A DNA stretch of 64,000 nucleotides from Squalus acanthias (GCA_030390025.1 JASTWF010000035.1:1984001-2048000); one strand, 5' to 3'. Shown: positions 1 through 15,000, counted from the first letter of the stretch. Numbers and translations are program-made. Notes: a model not told the origin generated them from the sequence alone.

Positions 1-3000
1 AGAGCCAGAGTGGCAGAGTACTTTAAACAGAGGGGGAGCAAAGAGCCAGAGTGACAGAGTACTTTAAACAGAGCGAGCAGAGAGCCAGAGTGGCAGAGTA
101 CTTTAAACAGAGGGGGAGCAGAGAGCCAGAGTGACAGAGTACTTTAAACAGAGCGATAGCGGAGGGCCAGAGTGGCAGAGTACTTTAAACAGAGGGGGAG
201 CAAAGAGCCAGAGTGACAGAGTACTTTAAACAGAGCGAGCAGAGAGCCAGAGTGGCAGAGTACTTTAAACAGAGCGGGAGCAAAGAGCCAGAATGACAGA
301 GTACTTCAAACAGAGCGAGCAGAGAGCCAGAGTGGCAGAGTACTTTAAACAGAGGGGGAGCAGAGAGCCAGAGTGACAGAGTACTTTAAACAGAGCGAGC
401 AGAGAGCCAGAGTGACAGAGTACTTTAAACAGAGGGGAGCGGAGAGCCAGAGTGACAGAGTACTTTAAACAGAGCGGGAGCAGAGAGCCAGAGTGACAGA
501 GTACTTTAAACAGAGCGAGCAGAGAGCCAGAGTGGCAGAGTACTTTAAACAGAGCGGGAGCAAAGAGCCAGAGTGACAGAGTACTTCAAACAGAGCGAGC
601 AGAGAGCCAGAGTGGCAGAGTACTTTAAACAGAGGGGGAGCAGAGAGCCAGAGTGACAGAGTACTTTAAACAGAGCGATAGCGGTGGGCCAGAGTGACAG
701 AGTACTTTAAACAGAGCGAGCAGAGAGCCAGAGTGGCAGAGTACTTTAAACAGAGCGGGAGCAAAGAGCCATAGTGACAGAGTACTTTAAACAGAGCGAG
801 CAGAGAGCCAGAGTGGCAGAGTACTTTAAACAGAGCGGGAGCAAAGAGCCAGAGTGACAGAGTACTTTAAACAGAGCGAGCAGAGAGCCAGAGTGGCAGA
901 GTACTTTAAACAGAGGGGGAGCAGAGAGCCAGAGTGACAGAGTACTTTAAACAGAGCGAGCAGAGAGCCAGAGTGACAGAGTACTTTAAACAGAGCAGGA
1001 GCGGAGCCAGAGTGGCAGAGTACTTTAAACAGAGCGGGAGCAGAGAGCCAGAGTGACAGAGTACTTTAAACAGAGCGAGCAGAGAGCCAGAGTGACAGAG
1101 TACTTTAAACAGAGCGGGAGCGGAGAGCCAGAGTGGCAGAGTACTTTAAACAGAGCGGGAGCAGAGAGCCAGAGTGACAGAGTACTTTAAACAGAGCGAG
1201 CAGAGAGCCAGAGTGACAGAGTACTTTAAACAGAGCGAGCAGAGAGCCAGAGTGACAGAGTACTTTAAACAGAGCGAGAGCAGAGAGCCAGAGTGACAGA
1301 GTACTTTAAACAGAGCGGGAGTGGAGAGCCAGAGTGACAGAGTACTTTAAACAGAGCGAGCAGAGAGCCAGAGCGACAGAGTACTTTAAACAGAGCGGGA
1401 GCGGAGAGCCAGAGTGACAGAGTACTTTAAACAGAGCGGGAGCAGAGAGCCAGAGTGACAGAGTACTTTAAACAGAGCGAGCAGAGAGCCAGAGTGACAG
1501 AGTACTTTAAACAGAGCGGGAGCGGAGAGCCAGAGTGGCAGAGTACTTTAAACAGAGCGGGAGCAGAGAGCCAGAGTGACAGAGTACTTTAAACAGAGCG
1601 AGCAGAGAGCCAGAGTGACAGAGTACTTTAAACAGAGCGAGCAGAGAGCCAGAGTGACAGAGTACTTTAAACAGAGCGAGAGCAGAGAGCCAGAGTGACA
1701 GAGTACTTTAAACAGAGCGGGAGCTGGAGAGCCAGAGTGACAGAGTACTTTAAACAGAGCGAGCAGAGAGCCAGAGCGACAGAGTACTTTAAACAGAGCG
1801 GGAGCGGAGAGCCAGAGTGACAGAGTACTTTAAACAGAGCGAGCAGAGAGCCAGAGTGGCAGAGTACTTTAAACAGAGGGGGAGTGGAGAGCCAGAGTGA
1901 CAGAGTACTTTAAACAGAGCGAGCAGAGAGACAGAGGGGCAGAGTACTTTAAACAGAGGGGGAGTGGAGAGCCAGAGTGACAGAGTACTTTAAACAGAGC
2001 GAGCATTGAGCGAGAGCGACAGAGTACTTTAAACAGAGGGGGAGCGGAGAGCCAGAGTGGCAGAGTACTTTAAACAGAGGGGGAGCGGAGAGCCAGAGTG
2101 GCAGAGTACTTTAAACAGAGCGAGAGCAGAGAGCCAGAGTGACAGAGTACTTTAAACAGAGCGAGCAGAGAGCCAGAGTGACAGAGTACTTTAAACAGAG
2201 CGAGAGCAGAGAGCCAGAGTGGCACCGTACTTTAAACAGAGAGAGAGCAGAGAGCCAGAGTGACAGAGTACTTTAAACAGAGCGAGCAGAGAGCCAGAGT
2301 GGCAGCATACTTTAAACAGAGCGGGAGTGGAGAGCCAGAGGGGCAGAGTACTTTAAACAGAGCGAGAGCAGAGAGCCAGAGTGACAGAGTACTTTAAACA
2401 GAGGGAGCAGAGAGCCAGAGTGACAGAGTACTTTAAACAGAGCGAGAGCAGGGAGCCAGAGCGACAGAGTACTTTAAACAGAGCGGGAGTGGAGAGCCAG
2501 AGTGACAGAGTACTGTAAACAGAGCGGGAGCAGAGAGCCAGAGTGACAGAGTACTTTAAACAGAGCGGGAGCGGAGAGCCAGAGTGGCAGAGTACTTTAA
2601 ACAGAGCGATAGCGGAGGGCCAGAGTGACAGAGTACTTTAAACAGAGCGAGCAGAGAGCCAGAGGGGCAGAGTACTTTAAACAGAGCGGGAGCAAAGAGC
2701 CAGAGTGGCAGAGTACTTTAAACAGAGCGAGCAGAGAGCCAGAGTGACAGAGTACTTTAAACAGAGCGAGAGCAGAGAGCCAGAGTGGCAGAGTGCTTTA
2801 AACAGAGCGAGCAGAGAGCCAGAGTGACAGAGTACTTTAAACAGAGCGAGAGCGGAGAGCCAGAGTGACAGAGTACTTTAAACAGAGCGAGAGCAGAGAG
2901 CCAGAGTGACAGAGTACTTTAAACAGAGGAGGAGCGGAGAGCCAGAGTGACAGAGTACTTTAAACAGAGGGGGAGCGGAGAGCCAGAGTGACAGAGTACT

Positions 3001-6000
3001 TTAAACAGAGTGGGAGCAGAGAGCCAGAGTGACAGAGTACTTTAAACAGAGCGCGAGCAGAGAGCCAGAGTGACAGAGTACTTTAAACAGAGCGAGAGCG
3101 GAGAGCCAGAGTGACAGAGTACTTTAAACAGAGCGGGAGCAGAGAGCCAGAGTGACAGAGTACTTTAAACAGAGCGGGAGCGGAGAGCCAGAGTGACAGA
3201 GTACTTTAAACAGAGCGAGCAGAGAGCCAGAGTGGCAGAGTACTTTAAACAGAGCGAGAGCGGAGAGCCAGAGTGACAGAGTACTTTAAACAGAGCGGGA
3301 GCGGAGAGCCAGAGTGACAGAGTACTTTAAACAGAGCGAGAGCAGAGAGCCAGAGTGGCAGAGTACTTTAAACAGAGCGGGAGCAAAGAGCCAGAGTGAC
3401 AGAGTACTTTAAACAGAGCGAGAGCAGAGAGCCAGAGTGACAGAGTACTTTAAACAGAGCGGGAGCAGAGAGCCAGAGTGGCAGAGTACTTTAAACAGAG
3501 CGGGTGCGGAGAGCCAGAGTGACAGAGTACTTTAAACAGAGCGGGTGCGGAGAGCCAGAGTGGCAGAGTACTTTAAACAGAGCGGGTGCGGAGAGACAGA
3601 GTGGCAGAGTACTTTAAACAGAGCGAGAGCGGAGAGCCAGAGTGACAGAGTACTTTAAACAGAGCGAGCAGAGAGCGAGAGTGACTGAGTACTTTAAACA
3701 GAGCGATAGCGGAGGGCCAGAGTGACAGAGTACTTTAAACAGAGCGAGCAGAGAGCCAGAGTGGCAGAGTACTTTAAACAGAGGGGGAGCAAAGAGCCAG
3801 AGTGACAGAGTACTTTAAACAGAGCGAGCAGAGAGCCAGAGTGGCAGAGTACTTTAAACAGAGGGGGAGCAGAGAGCCAGAGTGACAGAGTACTTTAAAC
3901 AGAGCGATAGCGGAGGGCCAGAGTGGCAGAGTACTTTAAACAGAGGGGGAGCAAAGAGCCAGAGTGACAGAGTACTTTAAACAGAGCGAGCAGAGAGCCA
4001 GAGTGGCAGAGTACTTTAAACAGAGCGGGAGCAAAGAGCCAGAGTGACAGAGTACTTCAAACAGAGCGAGCAGAGAGCCAGAGTGGCAGAGTACTTTAAA
4101 CAGAGGGGGAGCAGAGAGCCAGAGTGACAGAGTACTTTAAACAGAGCGAGCAGAGAGCCAGAGTGACAGAGTACTTTAAACAGAGCAGGAGCGGAGCCAG
4201 AGTGGCAGAGTACTTTAAACAGAGCGCGCAGAGAGCCAGAGTGACAGAGTACTTTAAACAGAGGGGGAGCGGAGAGCCAGAGTGACAGAGTACTTTAAAC
4301 AGAGCGGGAGCAGAGAGCCAGAGTGACAGAGTACTTTAAACAGAGCGAGCAGAGAGCCAGAGTGACAGAGTACTTTAAACAGAGCGAGAGCAGAGAGCCA
4401 GAGCGACAGAGTACTTTAAACAGAGCGGGAGCAGAGAGCAAGAGTGGCAGAGTACTTTAAACAGAGCGGGTGCGGAGAGCCAGAGTGACAGAGTACTTTA
4501 AACAGAGCGGGTGCGGAGAGCCAGAGTGGCAGAGTACTTTAAACAGAGCGGGTGCGGAGAGACAGAGTGGCAGAGTACTTTAAACAGAGCGAGAGCGGAG
4601 AGCCAGAGTGACAGAGTACTTTAAACAGAGCGAGCAGAGAGCGAGAGCGACAGAGTACTTTAAACAGAGCGATAGCGGAGGGCCAGAGTGACAGAGTACT
4701 TTAAACAGAGCGAGCAGAGAGCCAGAGTGGCAGAGTACTTTAAACAGAGGGGGAGCAAAGAGCCAGAGTGACAGAGTACTTTAAACAGAGCGAGCAGAGA
4801 GCCAGAGTGGCAGAGTACTTTAAACAGAGGGGGAGCAGAGAGCCAGAGTGACAGAGTACTTTAAACAGAGCGATAGCGGAGGGCCAGAGTGACAGAGTAC
4901 TTTAAACAGAGCGAGCAGAGAGCCAGAGTGGCAGAGTACTTTAAACAGAGCGGGAGCAAAGAGCCATAGTGACAGAGTACTTTAAACAGAGCGAGCAGAG
5001 AGCCAGAGTGGCAGAGTACTTTAAACAGAGCGGGAGCAAAGAGCCAGAGTGACAGAGTACTTTAAACAGAGCGAGCAGAGAGCCAGAGTGGCAGAGTACT
5101 TTAAACAGAGGGGGAGCAGAGAGCCAGAGTGACAGAGTACTTTAAACAGAGCGAGCAGAGAGCCAGAGTGACAGAGTACTTTAAACAGAGCAGGAGCGGA
5201 GCCAGAGTGGCAGAGTACTTTAAACAGAGCGGGAGCAGAGAGCCAGAGTGACAGAGTACTTTAAACAGAGCGAGCAGAGAGCCAGAGTGACAGAGTACTT
5301 TAAACAGAGGGGAGCGGAGAGCCAGAGTGGCAGAGTACTTTAAACAGAGCGGGAGCAGAGAGCCAGAGTGACAGAGTACTTTAAACAGAGCGAGCAGAGA
5401 GCCAGAGTGACAGAGTACTTTAAACAGAGCGGGCAGAGAGCCAGAGTGGCAGAGTACTTTAAACAGAGCGAGCAGAGAGCCAGAGTGACAGAGTACTTTA
5501 AACAGAGCGAGAGCAGAGAGCCAGAGTGACAGAGTACTTTAAACAGAGCGGGAGTGGAGAGCCAGAGTGACAGAGTACTTTAAACAGAGCGAGCAGAGAG
5601 CCAGAGCGACAGAGTACTTTAAACAGAGGGGGAGCGGAGAGCCAGAGTGACAGAGTACTTTAAACAGAGCGAGCAGAGAGCCAGAGTGGCAGAGTACTTT
5701 AAACAGAGGGGGAGTGGAGAGCCAGAGTGACAGAGTACTTTAAACAGAGCGAGCAGAGAGCCAGAGGGGCAGAGTACTTTAAACAGAGGGGGAGTGGAGA
5801 GCCAGAGTGACAGAGTACTTTAAACAGAGCGAGCAGTGAGCGAGAGCGACAGAGTACTTTAAACAGAGGGGGAGCGGAGAGCCAGAGTGGCAGAGTACTT
5901 TAAACAGAGGGGGAGCGGAGAGCCAGAGTGGCAGAGTACTTTAAACAGAGCGAGAGCAGAGAGCCAGAGTGACAGAGTACTTTAAACAGAGCGAGCAGAG

Positions 6001-9000
6001 AGCCAGAGTGACAGAGTACTTTAAACAGAGCGAGAGCAGAGAGCCAGAGTGGCACCGTACTTTAAACAGAGCGAGAGCAGAGAGCCAGAGTGACAGAGTA
6101 CTTTAAACAGAGCGAGCAGAGAGCCAGAGTGGCAGCATACTTTAAACAGAGCGGGAGTGGAGAGCCAGAGGGGCAGAGTACTTTAAACAGAGCGAGAGCA
6201 GAGAGCCAGAGTGACAGAGTACTTTAAACAGAGGGAGCAGAGAGCCAGAGTGACAGAGTACTTTAAACAGAGCGAGAGCAGGGAGCCAGAGCGACAGAGT
6301 ACTTTAAACAGAGCGGGAGTGGAGAGCCAGAGTGACAGAGTACTGTAAACAGAGCGGGAGCAGAGAGCCAGAGTGACAGAGTACTTTAAACAGAGCGGGA
6401 GCGGAGAGCCAGAGTGGCAGAGTACTTTAAACAGAGCGATAGCGGAGGGCCAGAGTGACAGAGTACTTTAAACAGAGCGAGCAGAGAGCCAGAGGGGCAG
6501 AGTACTTTAAACAGAGCGGGAGCAAAGAGCCAGAGTGGCAGAGTACTTTAAACAGAGCGAGCAGAGAGCCAGAGTGACAGAGTACTTTAAACAGAGCGAG
6601 AGCAGAGAGCCAGAGTGGCAGAGTGCTTTAAACAGAGCGAGCAGAGAGCCAGAGTGACAGAGTACTTTAAACAGAGCGAGAGCGGAGAGCCAGAGTGACA
6701 GAGTACATTAAACAGAGCGAGAGCAGAGAGCCAGAGTGACAGAGTACTTTAAACAGAGCGAGAGCAGAGAGCCAGAGTGACAGAGTACTTTAAACAGAGG
6801 AGGAGCGGAGAGCCAGAGTGACAGAGTACTTTAAACAGAGCGGGAGCGGAGAGCCAGAGTGACAGAGTACTTTAAACAGAGTGGGAGCAGAGAGCCAGAG
6901 TGACAGAGTACTTTAAACAGAGCGCGAGCAGAGAGCCAGAGCGACAGAGTACTTTAAACAGAGCGAGAGCGGAGAGCCAGAGTGACAGAGTACTTTAAAC
7001 AGAGCGGGAGCAGAGAGCCAGAGTGACAGAGTACTTTAAACAGAGCGGGAGCGGAGAGCCAGAGTGACAGAGTACTTTAAACAGAGCGAGCAGAGAGCCA
7101 GAGTGGCAGAGTACTTTAAACAGAGCGAGAGCGGAGAGCCAGAGTGACAGAGTACTTTAAACAGAGCGGGAGCGGAGAGCCAGAGTGACAGAGTGCTTTA
7201 AACAGAGCGAGAGCAGAGAGCCAGAGTGGCAGAGTACTTTAAACAGAGCGGGAGCAAAGAGCCAGAGTGACAGAGTACTTTAAACAGAGCGAGCAGAGAG
7301 CCAGAGTGACAGAGTACTTTAAACAGAGCGAGAGCAGAGAGCCAGAGTGGCACCGTACTTTAAACAGAGCGGGTGCGGAGAGCCAGAGTGACAGACTACT
7401 TTAAACAGAGCGGGCAGAGAGCCAGAGTGGCAGCATACTTTAAACAGAGCGGGAGTGGAGAGCCAGAGGGGCAGAGTACTTTAAACAGAGCGAGAGCAGA
7501 GAGCCAGAGTGACAGAGTACTTTAAACAGAGGGAGCAGAGAGCCAGAGTGACAGAGTACTTTAAACAGAGCGAGAGCAGGGAGCCAGAGCGACAGAGTAC
7601 TTTAAACAGAGCGGGAGTGGAGAGCCAGAGTGACAGAGTACTGTAAACAGAGCGGGAGCAGAGAGCCAGAGTGACAGAGTACATTAAACAGAGCGGGAGC
7701 GTAGAGCCAGAGTGGCAGAGTACTTTAAACAGAGCGATAGCGGAGGGCCAGAGTGACAGAGTACTTTAAACAGAGCGAGCAGAGAGCCAGAGGGGCAGAG
7801 TAATTTAAACAGAGCGGGAGCAAAGAGCCAGAGTGGCAGAGTACTTTAAACAGAGCGAGCAGAGAGCCAGAGTGACAGAGTACTTTAAACAGAGCGAGAG
7901 CAGAGAGCCAGAGTGGCAGAGTGCTTTAAACAGAGCGAGCAGAGAGCCAGAGTGACAGAGTACTTTAAACAGAGCGAGAGCGGAGAGCCAGAGTGACAGA
8001 GTACTTTAAACAGAGCGAGAGCAGAGAGCCAGAGTGACAGAGTACTTTAAACAGAGGAGGAGCGGAGAGCAAGAGTGACAGAGTACTTTAAACAGAGGGG
8101 GAGCGGAGAGCCAGAGTGACAGAGTACTTTAAACAGAGTGGGAGCAGAGAGCCAGAGTGACAGAGTACTTTAAACAGAGCGCGAGCAGAGAGCCAGAGCG
8201 ACAGAGTACTTTAAACAGAGCGAGAGCGGAGAGCCAGAGTGACAGAGTACTTTAAACAGAGCGGGAGCAGAGAGCCAGAGTGACAGAGTACATTAAACAG
8301 AGCGGGAGCGGAGAGCCAGAGTGACAGAGTACTTTAAACAGAGCGAGCAGAGAGCCAGAGTGGCAGAGTACTTTAAACAGAGCGAGAGCGGAGAGCCAGA
8401 GTGACAGAGTACTTTAAACAGAGCGGGAGCGGAGAGCCAGAGTGACAGAGTGCTTTAAACAGAGCGAGAGCAGAGAGCCAGAGTGGCAGAGTACTTTAAA
8501 CAGAGCGGGAGCAAAGAGCCAGAGTGACAGAGTACTTTAAACAGAGCGAGAGCAGAGAGCCAGAGTGACAGAGTACTTTAAACAGAGCGGGAGCAGAGAG
8601 CCAGAGTGGCAGAGTACTTTAAACAGAGCGGGTGCGGAGAGCCAGAGTGACAGAGTACTTTAAACAGAGCGGGTGCGGAGAGCCAGAGTGGCAGAGTACT
8701 TTAAACAGAGCGGGTGCGGAGAGACAGAGTGGCAGAGTACTTTAAACAGAGCGAGAGCGGAGAGCCAGAGTGACAGAGTACTTTAAACAGAGCGAGCAGA
8801 GAGCGAGAGTGACTGAGTACTTTAAACAGAGCGATAGCGGAGGGCCAGAGTGACAGAGTACTTTAAACAGAGCGAGCAGAGAGCCAGAGTGGCAGAGTAC
8901 TTTAAACAGAGGGGGAGCAAAGAGCCAGAGTGACAGAGTACTTTAAACAGAGCGAGCAGAGAGCCAGAGTGGCAGAGTACTTTAAACAGAGGGGGAGCAG

Positions 9001-12000
9001 AGAGCCAGAGTGACAGAGTACTTTAAACAGAGCGATAGCGGAGGGCCAGAGTGGCAGAGTACTTTAAACAGAGGGGGAGCAAAGAGCCAGAGTGACAGAG
9101 TACTTTAAACAGAGCGAGCAGAGAGCCAGAGTGGCAGAGTACTTTAAACAGAGCGGGAGCAAAGAGCCAGAGTGACAGAGTACTTCAAACAGAGCGAGCA
9201 GAGAGCCAGAGTGGCAGAGTACTTTAAACAGAGGGGGAGCAGAGAGCCAGAGTGACAGAGTACTTTAAACAGAGCGAGCAGAGAGCCAGAGTGACAGAGT
9301 ACTTTAAACAGAGCAGGAGCGGAGCCAGAGTGGCAGAGTACTTTAAACAGAGCGCGCAGAGAGCCAGAGTGACAGAGTACTTTAAACAGAGGGGGAGCGG
9401 AGAGCCAGAGTGACAGAGTACTTTAAACAGAGCGGGAGCAGAGAGCCAGAGTGACAGAGTACTTTAAACAGAGCGAGCAGAGAGCCAGAGTGACAGAGTA
9501 CTTTAAACAGAGCGAGAGCAGAGAGCCAGAGCGACAGAGTACTTTAAACAGAGCGGGAGCAGAGAGCAAGAGTGGCAGAGTACTTTAAACAGAGCGGGTG
9601 CGGAGAGCCAGAGTGACAGAGTACTTTAAACAGAGCGGGTGCGGAGAGCCAGAGTGGCAGAGTACTTTAAACAGAGCGGGTGCGGAGAGACAGAGTGGCA
9701 GAGTACTTTAAACAGAGCGAGAGCGGAGAGCCAGAGTGACAGAGTACTTTAAACAGAGCGAGCAGAGAGCGAGAGCGACAGAGTACTTTAAACAGAGCGA
9801 TAGCGGAGGGCCAGAGTGACAGAGTACTTTAAACAGAGCGAGCAGAGAGCCAGAGTGGCAGAGTACTTTAAACAGAGGGGGAGCAAAGAGCCAGAGTGAC
9901 AGAGTACTTTAAACAGAGCGAGCAGAGAGCCAGAGTGGCAGAGTACTTTAAACAGAGGGGGAGCAGAGAGCCAGAGTGACAGAGTACTTTAAACAGAGCG
10001 ATAGCGGTGGGCCAGAGTGACAGAGTACTTTAAACAGAGCGAGCAGAGAGCCAGAGTGGCAGAGTACTTTAAACAGAGCGGGAGCAAAGAGCCATAGTGA
10101 CAGAGTACTTTAAACAGAGCGAGCAGAGAGCCAGAGTGGCAGAGTACTTTAAACAGAGCGGGAGCAAAGACCCAGAGTGACAGAGTACTTCAAACAGAGC
10201 GAGCAGAGAGCCAGAGTGGCAGAGTACTTTAAACAGAGGGGGAGCAGAGAGCCAGAGTGACAGAGTACTTTAAACAGAGCGAGCAGAGAGCCAGAGTGAC
10301 AGAGTACTTTAAACAGAGCAGGAGCGGAGCCAGAGTGGCAGAGTACTTTAAACAGAGCGGGAGCAGAGAGCCAGAGTGACAGAGTACTTTAAACAGAGCG
10401 AGCAGAGAGCCAGAGTGACAGAGTACTTTAAACAGAGGGGGAGCGGAGAGCCAGAGTGGCAGAGTACTTTAAACAGAGCGGGAGCAGAGAGCCAGAGTGA
10501 CAGAGTACTTTAAACAGAGCGAGCAGAGAGCCAGAGTGACAGAGTACTTTAAACAGAGCGGGCAGAGAGCCAGAGTGGCAGAGTACTTTAAACAGAGCGA
10601 GCAGAGAGCCAGAGTGACAGAGTACTTTAAACAGAGCGAGAGCAGAGAGCCAGAGTGACAGAGTACTTTAAACAGAGCGGGAGTGGAGAGCCAGAGTGAC
10701 AGAGTACTTTAAACAGAGCGAGCAGAGAGCCAGAGCGACAGAGTACTTTAAACAGAGGGGGAGCGGAGAGCCAGAGTGACAGAGTACTTTAAACAGAGCG
10801 AGCAGAGAGCCAGAGTGGCAGAGTACTTTAAACAGAGGGGGAGTGGAGAGCCAGAGTGACAGAGTACTTTAAACAGAGCGAGCAGAGAGACAGAGGGGCA
10901 GAGTACTTTAAACAGAGGGGGAGTGGAGAGCCAGAGTGACAGAGTACTTTAAACAGAGCGAGCATTGAGCGAGAGCGACAGAGTACTTTAAACAGAGGGG
11001 GAGCGGAGAGCCAGAGTGGCAGAGTACTTTAAACAGAGGGGGAGCGGAGAGCCAGAGTGGCAGAGTACTTTAAACAGAGCGAGAGCAGAGAGCCAGAGTG
11101 ACAGAGTACTTTAAACAGAGCGAGCAGAGAGCCAGAGTGACAGAGTACTTTAAACAGAGCGAGAGCAGAGAGCCAGAGTGGCACCGTACTTTAAACAGAG
11201 AGAGAGCAGAGAGCCAGAGTGACAGAGTACTTTAAACAGAGCGAGCAGAGAGCCAGAGTGGCAGCATACTTTAAACAGAGCGGGAGTGGAGAGCCAGAGG
11301 GGCAGAGTACTTTAAACAGAGCGAGAGCAGAGAGCCAGAGTGACAGAGTACTTTAAACAGAGGGAGCAGAGAGCCAGAGTGACAGAGTACTTTAAACAGA
11401 GCGAGAGCAGGGAGCCAGAGCGACAGAGTACTTTAAACAGAGCGGGAGTGGAGAGCCAGAGTGACAGAGTACTGTAAACAGAGCGGGAGCAGAGAGCCAG
11501 AGTGACAGAGTACTTTAAACAGAGCGGGAGCGGAGAGCCAGAGTGGCAGAGTACTTTAAACAGAGCGATAGCGGAGGGCCAGAGTGACAGAGTACTTTAA
11601 ACAGAGCGAGCAGAGAGCCAGAGGGGCAGAGTACTTTAAACAGAGCGGGAGCAAAGAGCCAGAGTGGCAGAGTACTTTAAACAGAGCGAGCAGAGAGCCA
11701 GAGTGACAGAGTACTTTAAACAGAGCGAGAGCAGAGAGCCAGAGTGGCAGAGTGCTTTAAACAGAGCGAGCAGAGAGCCAGAGTGACAGAGTACTTTAAA
11801 CAGAGCGAGAGCGGAGAGCCAGAGTGACAGAGTACATTAAACAGAGCGAGAGCAGAGAGCCAGAGTGACAGAGTACTTTAAACAGAGCGAGAGCAGAGAG
11901 CCAGAGTGACAGAGTACTTTAAACAGAGGAGGAGCGGAGAGCAAGAGTGACAGAGTACTTTAAACAGAGGGGGAGCGGAGAGCCAGAGTGACAGAGTACT

Positions 12001-15000
12001 TTAAACAGAGTGGGAGCAGAGAGCCAGAGTGACAGAGTACTTTAAACAGAGCGCGAGCAGAGAGCCAGAGCGACAGAGTACTTTAAACAGAGCGAGAGCG
12101 GAGAGCCAGAGTGACAGAGTACTTTAAACAGAGCGGGAGCAGAGAGCCGGAGTGACAGAGTACTTTAAACAGAGCGGGAGCGGAGAGCCAGAGTGACAGA
12201 GTACTTTAAACAGAGCGAGCAGAGAGCCAGAGTGGCAGAGTACTTTAAACAGAGCGAGAGCGGAGAGCCAGAGTGACAGAGTACTTTAAACAGAGCGGGA
12301 GCGGAGAGCCAGAGTGACAGAGTGCTTTAAACAGAGCGAGAGCAGAGAGCCAGAGTGGCAGAGTACTTTAAACAGAGCGGGAGCAAAGAGCCAGAGTGAC
12401 AGAGTACTTTAAACAGAGCGAGAGCAGAGAGCCAGAGTGACAGAGTACTTTAAACAGAGCGGGAGCAGAGAGCCAGAGTGGCAGAGTACTTTAAACAGAG
12501 CGGGTGCGGAGAGCCAGAGTGACAGACTACTTTAAACAGAGCGGGTGCGGAGAGCCAGAGTGGCAGAGTACTTTAAACAGAGCGGGTGCGGAGAGACAGA
12601 GTGGCAGAGTACTTTAAACAGAGCGAGAGCGGAGAGCCAGAGTGACAGAGTACTTTAAACAGAGCGAGCAGAGAGCCAGAGTGGCAGAGTACTTTAAACA
12701 GAGGGGGAGCAAAGAGCCAGAGTGACAGAGTACTTTAAACAGAGCGAGCAGAGAGCCAGAGTGGCAGAGTACTTTAAACAGAGGGGGAGCAGAGAGCCAG
12801 AGTGACAGAGTACTTTAAACAGAGCGATAGCGGAGGGCCAGAGTGACAGAGTACTTTAAACAGAGCGAGCAGAGAGCCAGAGTGGCAGAGTACTTTAAAC
12901 AGAGGGGGAGCAAAGAGCCAGAGTGACAGAGTACTTTAAACAGAGCGAGCAGAGAGCCAGAGTGGCAGAGTACTTTAAACAGAGCGGGAGCAAAGAGCCA
13001 GAGTGACAGAGTACTTCAAACAGAGCGAGCAGAGAGCCAGAGTGGCAGAGTACTTTAAACAGAGGGGGAGCAGAGAGCCAGAGTGACAGAGTACTTTAAA
13101 CAGAGCGAGCAGAGAGCCAGAGTGACAGAGTACTTTAAACAGAGCAGGAGCGGAGCCAGAGGGGCAGAGTACTTTAAACAGAGCGCGCAGAGAGCCAGAG
13201 TGACAGAGTACTTTAAACAGAGGGGGAGCGGAGAGCCAGAGTGACAGAGTACTTTAAACAGAGCGGGAGCAGAGAGCCAGAGTGACAGAGTACTTTAAAC
13301 AGAGCGAGCAGAGAGCCAGAGTGACAGAGTACTTTAAACAGAGCGAGCAGAGAGCCAGAGTGGCAGAGTACTTTAAACAGAGCGAGCAGAGAGCCAGAGT
13401 GACAGAGTACTTTAAACAGAGCGAGAGCAGAGAGCCAGAGTGACAGAGTACTTTAAACAGAGCGGGAGTGGAGAGCCAGAGTGACAGAGTACTTTAAACA
13501 GAGCGAGAGTGGAGAGCCAGAGTGACAGAGTACTTTAAACAGAGCGAGAGTGGAGAGCCAGAGTGACAGAGTACTTTAAACAGAGCGAGAGCGGAGAGCC
13601 AGAGTGACAGAGTACTTTAAACAGAGCGGGAGCAGAGAGCCAGAGTGACAGAGTACTTTAAACAGAGCGGGAGCGGAGAGCCAGAGTGACAGAGTACTTT
13701 AAACAGAGCGAGAGTGGAGAGTCAGAGTGACAGAGTACTTTAAACAGAGCGAGAGCGGAGAGCCAGAGTGACAGAGTACTTTAAACAGAGGGGGAGTGGA
13801 GAGCCAGAGTGACAGAGTACTTTAAACAGAGTGGGAGCAGAGAGCCAGAGTGACAGAGCACTATAAACAGAGCGAGAGCAGAGAGCCAGAGCGACAGAGT
13901 ACTTTAAACAGAGCGAGAGCAGAGAGCCAGAGTGACAGACTACTTTAAACAGAGGGGGAGTGGAGAGCCAGAGTGACAGATTACTTTAAACAGAGTGAGA
14001 GCAGAGAGCCAGAGTGACAGAGTACTTTAAAAAGAGGGCGAGTGGAGAGCCAGAGTGACAGAGTACTTTAAACAGAGTGGGAGCAGAGAGCCAGAGTGAC
14101 AGAGCACTTTAAACAGAGCGAGAGCAGAGAGCCAGAGCGACAGAGTACTTTAAACAGAGCGGGAGCGGAGAGCCAGACCGGCAGAGTACTTTAAACAGAG
14201 CGAGCAGAGAGCCAGAGTGGCAGAGTACTTTAAACAGAGCGGGAGTGGAGAGCCAGAGTGACAGAGAGCTTTAAACAGAGCAGGAGCGGAGCCAGAGTGG
14301 CAGAGTACTTTAAACAGAGCGGGAGCAAAGAGCCAGAGTGACAGAGTACTTTAAACAGAGCGAGTAGAGAGCCAGAGTGGCAGAGTACTTTAAACAGAGC
14401 GGGAGCAAAGAGCCAGAGTGACAGAGTACTTTAAACAGAGCGAGAGCGGAGAGCCAGAGCGGCAGAGTACTTTAAACAGAGCAGGAGCAGAGAGCCAGAG
14501 TGACAGAGTACTTTAAACAGAGCGGGAGCAAAGAGACAGAGGGGCAGAGTACTTTAAACAGAGCGGGAGTGGAGCCAGAGTGACAGAGTACTTTAAACAG
14601 ATCGAGCAGAGAGCCAGAGTGACAGAGTACTTTAAACAGAGCGGGAGTGGAGAGCCAGAGTGACAGAGTACTTTAAACAGAGCGAGAGCGGAGAGCCAGA
14701 GGGGCAGAGTACTTTAAACAGAGCGAGAGCGGAGAGCCAGAGGGGCAGAGTACTTTAAACAGGGCGAGAGCAGAGACCCAGAGTGACAGAGTACTTTAAA
14801 CAGAGCAGGAGCAGAGCCTCAGTGACAGAGTACTTTAAACAGAGCGGGAGCGGAGAGCCAGAGGGGCAGAGTACTTTAAATAGAGCGAGAGCGGAGAGCC
14901 AGAGCGACAGAGTACTTTAAACAGAGCGGGAGTGGAGAGCCAGGGGTGCAGAGAACTTTAAACAGAGCGGGAGCAGAGAGCCAGAGTGACAGAGTACTTT

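Noticed and set aside
7481..7684. 67-aa ORF in the satellite (and 15161-15541)
   Set aside because: Chance opening caused by variants that remove the TAA stop; repetitive translation
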